A stretch of 64,000 nucleotides of DNA. It comes from Candidatus Berkelbacteria bacterium. GTDB lineage: Bacteria; Patescibacteriota; UBA1384; DTJR01. Below are positions 57,193-64,000 of this stretch, one piece after another. The stretch lies in assembly GCA_029865605.1 (NCBI GenBank), contig JAOUGE010000005.1, forward strand, positions 338 through 64,337, read 5' to 3'. Numbering within the stretch: position 1 is the stretch's first letter; each line of letters starts with the position of its first letter. A program made the translations under genes and the position numbers. The notes below the pieces were generated by a model. The model did no database searches and was not told the DNA's origin. It saw nothing but the letters and a program-made list of their open reading frames with translations.

Positions 57193-58908
57193 ATGGTTTC
57201 GAATTCGGAGTTCGCTAAAATTTTTGAGGAGTTTTCCGAAATTTTGGAGCTGAAGGACGCAAATCGTTTTAGAATTGCCGCTTACCAGAAGGCCTCGCAG
57301 ACAGCTAAATCATTAGGAGAGCCGATTGAGCAAATTTACGAACGCGGAGGAGCTAAAGAACTTGATAATATTCCCGGGATTGGCAAAGGGATAGCTCAAA
57401 AGATTGAGGAGTATATTAAAACCGGGCGGGTAAAGGAGCTCGAAGGTCTCAGAAAATCTCTACCCAGACAAGAGGTTGAATATATGAGGGTACCCGGGAT
57501 CGGGCCAAAGACAGCAACGAAACTACACAAGGAATTTAGGGCGAAAGATTTAGCTGATCTCAAATCTAGGCTGGAAAAAAGCGGCTCGAAATATTTTAAA
57601 GAAAAAACATTGGCTAATATCCTGCGCGGGATTGAGGTGTACAAAGGAATGGGCGGAAGGATGCTTTTGGTTGAAGCCCGGGAAATAGCCCGCGAGGCAG
57701 TTGAATATCTTGAAAAGTCTCGGCTGGCCTCTAAAGTAACGCCCGTGGGGAGCCTCCGACGTTTTAAGGAAACGGTTGGCGACATAGATATTGTAGCTAT
57801 TGCTCCGGATCCTAAAAAAGCGATCGAGTATTTCTCAAAATTTCCGGGTGCGAAGGAAGTAATTTCGAAAGGCGAGGCGAAGGGAACGATTATTCATCGG
57901 CTTGGAGCCCAGGTGGATTTTGAGATAATGCCCGAGGAGTCGTTTGGCTCGCTTTTGCAGCATTTTACGGGGTCAAAAGAGCACAATATTCACCTGCGTA
58001 CATATGCCCAGGAGCACGGCATGAGCGTTTCTGAACATGGCATTAAAAAAGGCAAAAAGCTTATTAGATGTAGGACAGAGGAGGAGGTTTATGGAACCCT
58101 GGGGATGAAATATATCGAGCCGGAGCTTAGGGAAGACAGGGGAGAGATTGAAGCCGCCTTAAACGATAAGCTTCCGGAACTTATTGAGATGAAGGACATC
58201 AAGGGCGACTTTCATGTTCACTCAAACTGGTCTGACGGCAATGCTAAAATTGAGGATTTAGCCAGAAAAGCAGTTGAACTCGGCCATAAGTTTCTTGCGA
58301 TTTCAGACCATACCGTAACGCTTGGCATTGCCCGCGGACTCGATTCGAAAAGGTTTAACCAGCGAAGGCGAGAAATAGAATCTGTCCGTAAAAAATACCG
58401 CGGCCTCAATCTTTTTGACTCATGCGAAGTGAATATTGGCTCAGACGGTAGTCTTGATCTGCCTGATGAGGCAATGAAATATTTTGATGTTGTAACAGCC
58501 TCGATTCACTCTGGTTTCAATCAGTCCAAAGAGCAGATAACAAAGAGAATGATCCGGGCAATGGAGAACGCTTATGTTGATGTAATTGGCCACCCGACCG
58601 GGCGGCTTATTAACCGCCGTGAGGGATATTCGGCCGATTGGGAGCAGGTTTTTAAAACGGCAGCTCAAGAAAATGTGGCTTTAGAGATTAATGCTTCGCC
58701 AGATCGGCTTGATCTGCCGGACGGACTGGTTTTAAAAGCTAAAAAAATGGGGGTCAGGTTTGCGATATCAACCGACTCTCACTCACTTGAGCAGCTTAGT
58801 TTTCTTCCCTTTGGTATTTCTGTTGCCCGGCGCGGATGGTGCGAGAAAAAAGACATTGTTAATGCCTTGGAATTAGAGGAACTAATTAAGTGGCTAAGGG
58901 GCGGCTAG
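57193..58908 (+). CDS. DNA polymerase X family protein with C-terminal PHP domain
   Basis: Helix-hairpin-helix motifs (IPGIGKGIAQKI, VPGIGPKTATKL), Pol beta-like nucleotidyltransferase core (GSLRRFKETVGDIDIV), PHP motif FHVHSNWSDG. Confidence 0.8.
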   Translation: MVSNSEFAKIFEEFSEILELKDANRFRIAAYQKASQTAKSLGEPIEQIYERGGAKELDNIPGIGKGIAQKIEEYIKTGRVKELEGLRKSLPRQEVEYMRVPGIGPKTATKLHKEFRAKDLADLKSRLEKSGSKYFKEKTLANILRGIEVYKGMGGRMLLVEAREIAREAVEYLEKSRLASKVTPVGSLRRFKETVGDIDIVAIAPDPKKAIEYFSKFPGAKEVISKGEAKGTIIHRLGAQVDFEIMPEESFGSLLQHFTGSKEHNIHLRTYAQEHGMSVSEHGIKKGKKLIRCRTEEEVYGTLGMKYIEPELREDRGEIEAALNDKLPELIEMKDIKGDFHVHSNWSDGNAKIEDLARKAVELGHKFLAISDHTVTLGIARGLDSKRFNQRRREIESVRKKYRGLNLFDSCEVNIGSDGSLDLPDEAMKYFDVVTASIHSGFNQSKEQITKRMIRAMENAYVDVIGHPTGRLINRREGYSADWEQVFKTAAQENVALEINASPDRLDLPDGLVLKAKKMGVRFAISTDSHSLEQLSFLPFGISVARRGWCEKKDIVNALELEELIKWLRGG

Positions 58909-59819
58909 ATTTTCACGTTCTTTCTGATTGAGAGCCAGCTTGAGCCGATGCCGATCACAGTACCGACGACGGCCTGAAGCAGGGTGATAAACCAAAAATC
59001 CTGATAATAAATCGGTACCATTCTGGCGACAAAGCGGGCAAAAATCGTGCTAGATGAAAGAGAAGCAGCGACATTTATCACCACGAAGATAACCAGGGTG
59101 GAGATAACCAGCCCAAACAAACCGTATAAGAACCCCTCAATTAAAAAGGGGATTCGGACAAATGAGTCGGAGGCGCCGACTAAGCGCATAATCTCGATTT
59201 CTTTTGATTTATAGGTAACGGCCATCTTAACGGTGTTAAAGACGACTAAAATCGCCACTGCCGTAAAGAAAATTGATAGGACAATACCGAAGCGCTCGAT
59301 AAACTTGGTCGCATTGTCAATATTCTCGATAATCAGCTTGTTGTCCTCGTAGCTAGAGGAATCAATATAGGGCGAGTAGACAGGGTCTTTGGTGAGAGCC
59401 GAAACATATTCGTACTCGTTGAAATCAACCGACTGGACTTGCAGCCCTCTCGGTAGCGGGTTGTCTTGAGGAGAAACTAGTTCTCTTACCTCGCGCTTGA
59501 CTGTCGTCCTGGCCTTGAATTCGCGCAAAGCATCTTCCTTGGAAATATAACGAACGGATTGGATATTGGGTTTAGCCAGAAGTTCGCTTTTAAATTCCCC
59601 GATCAGAGCATCGGTGGCCTCGTCCTTGAAGTTCACAACGATATCAACCTTTCCCTTTAGCTCGGCAACAATTTTGTTGGTCGATAAGGTTATGATAAAA
59701 AATGAGCCAATGGCGAGAAGAGCCAATGTCATAATCAGGGTGGCCGATACGCTTAACCAGCCGTTTCTAAAAAAGTTGATGAAGGCGGTCTTTAATATCC
59801 TCTCGATTCGAATTAGCAT
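58905..59819 (-). CDS. ftsX: cell division ABC transporter permease FtsX
   Basis: Four transmembrane helices and a large first periplasmic loop. Directly downstream of ftsE. Confidence 0.75.
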   Translation of the reverse strand: MLIRIERILKTAFINFFRNGWLSVSATLIMTLALLAIGSFFIITLSTNKIVAELKGKVDIVVNFKDEATDALIGEFKSELLAKPNIQSVRYISKEDALREFKARTTVKREVRELVSPQDNPLPRGLQVQSVDFNEYEYVSALTKDPVYSPYIDSSSYEDNKLIIENIDNATKFIERFGIVLSIFFTAVAILVVFNTVKMAVTYKSKEIEIMRLVGASDSFVRIPFLIEGFLYGLFGLVISTLVIFVVINVAASLSSSTIFARFVARMVPIYYQDFWFITLLQAVVGTVIGIGSSWLSIRKNVKI

Positions 59820-59862
59820 TTTCTCCTAGCTTTTAACTTTTCACTTTCATCTTTTAACTTAC

Positions 59863-60558
59863 CTAGCACGTATACCTCCCTTGATTTTGATCGGAAACAA
59901 TCCTGCCCTGCTTCATCACCACGACCCTTTTTCTCATTCGGTCAACCAAGTCCTTATTGTGGGTAGCCAAAAGCACTGTCGTGCCTTGGCAGTTTATCTT
60001 CTCTAGTATGTCGGCAACCTCGCGGCTGGCCTGCGGATCGAGATTGCCAGTTGGCTCATCGGCAATTAAAATCTTAGGCAAATTAACTAAAGCCCGGGCA
60101 ATCGAGACCCTCTGGGCTTCTCCCCCCGAAAGCTGGTCGGGATAGGCCTTTTCTTTGCCGGACAAGTTGACTGCCGACAGGACTCTCGGGATTCTCCGCT
60201 GGATATCTTCGTCGCTTACATCCGAGACCTCGAGGGCATAGGCTATGTTTTCCCAAACCGAGCGGGTCGGGAGGAGCTTATAATCTTGAAAGACTATGCC
60301 GATATTTCTTCTATAATAAGGTAACTCCCGCGGGGCAAGGCGAGTGATGTCCCGTCCGGCAACTCTAATCTTGCCCGAATCGGGTTTTTCTTCTCTGATT
60401 ATTAGGCGCACTAAAGTTGATTTACCAGCGCCGGACGGTCCAACTAAAATTACAAACTCTCCCGGATAGATATCGAGCTTTACTCCATCCAAGGCCTTGT
60501 TCTTTCCATAAACCTTGGCAACATCGCGAACCTCAATTATAGGTTTTTTTTCTTCCAA
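59863..60558 (-). CDS. ftsE: cell division ABC transporter ATP-binding protein FtsE
   Basis: Walker A GPSGAGKST, ABC signature LSGGEAQR, Walker B ILIADEPT. Confidence 0.88.
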   Translation of the reverse strand: MEEKKPIIEVRDVAKVYGKNKALDGVKLDIYPGEFVILVGPSGAGKSTLVRLIIREEKPDSGKIRVAGRDITRLAPRELPYYRRNIGIVFQDYKLLPTRSVWENIAYALEVSDVSDEDIQRRIPRVLSAVNLSGKEKAYPDQLSGGEAQRVSIARALVNLPKILIADEPTGNLDPQASREVADILEKINCQGTTVLLATHNKDLVDRMRKRVVVMKQGRIVSDQNQGRYTC

Positions 60559-60665
60559 AACTTGCCTCCTTAAAACCTTTCCTTCCTTATTTTAACAAAA
60601 AGACTGCGAATACCAAATTTGGCCGAGGGATTTGCAAATTCTAGAATTGTTGCTATAGTTAAGAC

Positions 60666-61844
60666 ATGAAAAAAATGAGGGGAATAAAGGGTCTCATGCT
60701 TTTGTCTTCCGCAATGCTTCTGGCGGGACTGACTTTTTATCCTGCTTTAGCCTCTACTTTGGATGATCTTTATAAACAAAAAGAGGAGCTTCAGCAGGAG
60801 CAACAGAAATATCAAAGTGCAGCGGGGAATAAGGAAAAAGAAGCTAAAACAATTGCTGCCCAAATTGCCCAGATTGAATCAGATATTAAAAAGACTGAAG
60901 CGGAGATCCAAAATACCTCTAGTCAAATTACTGATGTGACAGCTCGGCTTGATCAGCTTAATAAGGATATTGAGGTCAAAAACGCTGAACTTGTTGTTTT
61001 AAAACAAAAGCTGAATAGTGCCATAGTTGAGATTTACCGTTCCTCGTCAAGATCCGACTGGGAGCTTTTGTTCGGCTTTAATTCCCTTTCCGATGCGGTT
61101 AATCAAACGAAATACGTTGAGTCAGTCGAGTCTCAAGCTAAGTCCTACCATGATCAAACCCAGAAAGTTAAAAGCGAGCTTGATGCCCAGAAATCCGAAG
61201 CCGAGAAGAAGAAAGCAGAACTGGATTCTCTTAAAAGCCAGCAAGAGGCTTATAAGAGAAGCAGTGAATCCCAAGTTGCTTATAAAGATCGCCTGCTTGG
61301 TTTGACTAAGGATCAGGAACAAGATTATCTTGATAAGGCTGATGCCGCAAGAAAAGAAGCCGCCTCGGTTGAGAACCAGATCAGAAGAATTCTTTCTTCC
61401 CGAAGCAGAAGGGCGGATGGCACTTTCGGTGATGGGCCCGGTGTTGGCAGCCGCGTTAGCCGAGGGGAGTATGTTGGAACGCAGGGCTCGACCGGGGCTT
61501 CAAGCGGTGATCACGTTCATTTTGAGGTAGATTTGACTGCTCCGGCGCGGGGGTGGACTAGCCCTTGGCCGTATATCAATAGTGGAATGTTAAGCTGGCC
61601 GCTTAGAAATTTTGTTATTACACAAGACTATGGTTGTACTGAATTTGCTGATTGCGGTAATCCCAGAGGACCATATGGCGGTGGTCCCCATATGGGAATT
61701 GATATCGCCGGCCCGATCGGCTCTCCCGTTCTCGCTCCGGCTGATGGCCTCGTTGTTTTAAATGAATACTTCGGTGGTTATGGTAATGCCTGGGCAATGA
61801 AAGTTGACAACGGTCCTTATGTCCTCCTCGGCCACTTGCGGTAA
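60666..61844 (+). CDS. EnvC-like coiled-coil protein with an M23 (LytM) peptidase domain whose conserved motifs are in permuted order
   Basis: Signal peptide, about 250 aa of coiled-coil, then STGASSGDHVHFE (normally the C-terminal M23 motif), followed by GGPHMGIDIAGPIGSPVLAPADG (normally the N-terminal HxxxD motif). The protein stops right after LGHL. Confidence 0.6.
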   Translation: MKKMRGIKGLMLLSSAMLLAGLTFYPALASTLDDLYKQKEELQQEQQKYQSAAGNKEKEAKTIAAQIAQIESDIKKTEAEIQNTSSQITDVTARLDQLNKDIEVKNAELVVLKQKLNSAIVEIYRSSSRSDWELLFGFNSLSDAVNQTKYVESVESQAKSYHDQTQKVKSELDAQKSEAEKKKAELDSLKSQQEAYKRSSESQVAYKDRLLGLTKDQEQDYLDKADAARKEAASVENQIRRILSSRSRRADGTFGDGPGVGSRVSRGEYVGTQGSTGASSGDHVHFEVDLTAPARGWTSPWPYINSGMLSWPLRNFVITQDYGCTEFADCGNPRGPYGGGPHMGIDIAGPIGSPVLAPADGLVVLNEYFGGYGNAWAMKVDNGPYVLLGHLR

Positions 61845-61871
61845 TCTTTATCTATCCTGTATTATTGAGAT

Positions 61872-64000
61872 ATGAAGCGAAAGCTCACCATAATTTTTTC
61901 GGTGCTGGCTCTTGTTCTAGTTGCTTCTGTCGCTTTTGGCGTAAGGGGAGGGGGGTTCTCCAGGATTTTAGCTGATGTTTTGAACGATGTCCCCGGCAAG
62001 GTTGACATTTTCGCCAAAGATAATCAAAACCACCCCCTGGGTGGCGTTAGTGTTAACACGAGCCTAGATAACGACAGCTACTTTTATGTCGGGATGACCG
62101 ATGACACCGGCCATTTGATTTTTAATGAGCCGGATTTTACTAGCCGCACCCGCTATTTCAAGGTGGATTTTCCAATGTATTCCTCGTCGCCGGAGGTTGT
62201 CCAAGTTAACACAGCTAAAAATACGACGAGGAATGCGAATTTTGTTCTAACTCCAATTTCGGGCACGGGGTCAGTCAGCGGTAAAATCACGATCTATAAT
62301 CCGGGTGGGGCTGACAACGGCAACCCTCTCTCTTCGGCAACGGTAAGAATTATAAATAGCACTGGCTCGGAAAAGGGGAGAACAACCTCGGCGGCCGACG
62401 GGCGCTACCAAATTAACAATATTCCCGAGGGGACGGGTTATGCTGTTTATGCTTCCAAATCAGGTTATGAGCAAAATTCTCGTCAGGGTATTAATATTGT
62501 CGCGAATCAAACGCTTCAAGATCAAAACCTTGGCCTTGTTCCTTCTGCTCGGCCCTCGCCGAGCCCCAGGGCTTCGCCGTCCGCCTCGGCCTCGGCTTCT
62601 TCAATCCCGCAGACCGCTCGAGTGGACTTGAATGTGAGAGTGTTTGATGCGTCTACTAATAAAAATATTTCTGGTCTTCCGGTTATTTTAGATAGTGCTC
62701 TTACAAGTAGCGTCGAGAAAATCACTAATTTGAATCAATACAATGCTGTCTTTGCCGATGTGCAGGCAGGACGTCACACCTTATCTGTTAACCCTCCTTC
62801 TCATCCAAATTATAATTCTAAATATGAGTACAAGTTTGTTGCCGCCCTCGAGGTTAAAAATGAAGTAGCTGGTATTCCGGCTGGTCAGGACGGTAGGCAA
62901 TATCTCGAGGTTGGCTTGAGCCAGAGAAGCGCTTACGAGATTCTGACGGTGATTGGGAAGATTACAGACGAAAGCAGCAATCCGATTTCTGGGGCTAGGG
63001 TTAAGGTTTTCTGCAGCGGTGACGATCTTTGCGGCCTCGTTCCGCAGGAGGGGATCTCGTCTAGCAGTTTCAACCGCATTGATAGAAAACCCGAGTATGA
63101 ATATAATTACCTGATTCGTAACGTCTATAACGCCCCGCGGATGATTAATCGTTCCCTTAGAGTTGTTGTGGAAAAGGACGGTTATATTTTGGATACTAAC
63201 AATAATAACCGCGACGATTTTGAAGAAGGGTTCCAGTTTAACATTAATCCCGGGGAAAGCTCGGTTTATGTCGCTAGTCTTAACTCCTGCATTGCGGTTG
63301 AATCTTTTACGATGAAGGAAATACCGGGTTATAAATTCTCTATTGCTGGAAAGGTTACGAATGTAAAAAATGGTCAGCTAGTGGGCGGCATTACAGTCGC
63401 GGTGAGGTTTGGCTCCGATGTTTCAAAGGATAATCTTCTATCTATGAAGATCGGTGGCAATAAATTCGCTAATTACTTCATCAAAGACGTTAAAAACGAG
63501 AGTGGTACTTCAAGCGTTTGGATCTCTGCTGTCAGCCCTGAAGGATGCAAGCTTAATTATAAGCCCGGGGATGAACTCCGGGGTGAATTGGAAATTGGGA
63601 AAGATATTGTCTTTAATCAGGAGCTTGAGATATGGCTCGGGATTGTAGATATCGAGATGGATTGCGGCGACAAATATATCTGGAGTGTCAAAGAAAATAA
63701 TTCCGGCAAATCTATTCCCGGAGCGAAGATAGAGCTAGGCGACCCAGGAGTAAGTTTTAGCCTCACGGCAACAACAGGTGCGGACGGGCTTGCGGTAATT
63801 GATCCGGGACGCATTGTCTCGTATTGCTCAAAGAGAGCCGGCGATTCTCTGTATCGGCTTATAGTCAAAATCAGCGCAAGCGGCCATATATCGAAAGTTG
63901 TTGTAGCCGATTTATCTTTCTGCGGTTCGGCGAAGGAGCCAAAAACTTTCTTTCTTGATAAAGCTGTCTCCTCAGTTGCCGAAGCCGTTCTTCTCGGTAG
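61872..64000 (+). CDS. large secreted protein with repeated carboxypeptidase-regulatory-like/Cna-B-like beta-sandwich domains (3' end outside window)
   Basis: The frame is open from ATG 61872 to the window end, at least 709 codons. It is absent from the track because no stop is reached. Signal peptide, then repeats of the G.V.D..G.PL.GA.V......T.T...G.Y.I..IP.G.Y type. Confidence 0.6.
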   Translation, partial: MKRKLTIIFSVLALVLVASVAFGVRGGGFSRILADVLNDVPGKVDIFAKDNQNHPLGGVSVNTSLDNDSYFYVGMTDDTGHLIFNEPDFTSRTRYFKVDFPMYSSSPEVVQVNTAKNTTRNANFVLTPISGTGSVSGKITIYNPGGADNGNPLSSATVRIINSTGSEKGRTTSAADGRYQINNIPEGTGYAVYASKSGYEQNSRQGINIVANQTLQDQNLGLVPSARPSPSPRASPSASASASSIPQTARVDLNVRVFDASTNKNISGLPVILDSALTSSVEKITNLNQYNAVFADVQAGRHTLSVNPPSHPNYNSKYEYKFVAALEVKNEVAGIPAGQDGRQYLEVGLSQRSAYEILTVIGKITDESSNPISGARVKVFCSGDDLCGLVPQEGISSSSFNRIDRKPEYEYNYLIRNVYNAPRMINRSLRVVVEKDGYILDTNNNNRDDFEEGFQFNINPGESSVYVASLNSCIAVESFTMKEIPGYKFSIAGKVTNVKNGQLVGGITVAVRFGSDVSKDNLLSMKIGGNKFANYFIKDVKNESGTSSVWISAVSPEGCKLNYKPGDELRGELEIGKDIVFNQELEIWLGIVDIEMDCGDKYIWSVKENNSGKSIPGAKIELGDPGVSFSLTATTGADGLAVIDPGRIVSYCSKRAGDSLYRLIVKISASGHISKVVVADLSFCGSAKEPKTFFLDKAVSSVAEAVLLG

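Overview
The window is a low-GC (about 40-45% by eye) bacterial chromosomal segment. Its gene content and small, tightly packed genes are consistent with a Patescibacteria/CPR-like or Firmicutes-like organism, though no taxon can be proven from the sequence. It carries a type IV pilus and pseudopilin cluster (pilC 3' part, pilins, pilD), two sortases, ftsH, uvrD/pcrA, a yabE-like gene next to ksgA, miaA, comM, secG, rpsA, alaS, ftsA, ruvX, mltG, mreBCD plus PBP2, greA, serS, hpf next to secA, polX, and ftsEX next to an M23 peptidase. It ends in a large surface protein that is cut off at the window edge. I find 10 tRNA genes plus one tRNA-like pseudogene, and no rRNA, CRISPR array or transposase. 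Two things stand out. First, seven copies of a conserved, apparently structured element of about 120-200 nt sit directly downstream of six different tRNA genes (Met-CAT, a second CAT tRNA, Gly-GCC, Leu-GAG, Phe-GAA, Leu-TAA). Each copy starts with the antisense of that tRNA's T-loop and ends with a perfect 21-30-nt direct repeat of the tRNA's T-loop-to-CCA end. In between are two hairpins whose stems differ by compensatory changes around invariant single-stranded motifs (GAGGCGGGGTCG, loop CAGCAG, TTGTGACC). I cannot match this to any described element. It behaves either like a tRNA-3'-end-targeting miniature mobile element or like a tRNA-tethered structured trailer RNA. Second, six short islands of much higher GC (about 60%+) carry orphan genes with their own ribosome-binding sites and terminators (for example a secreted PHP-domain protein). 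At least two of these islands abut tRNA genes. Many ORFs in the six-frame track that overlap the GC-rich elements or lie antisense inside conserved genes are spurious.
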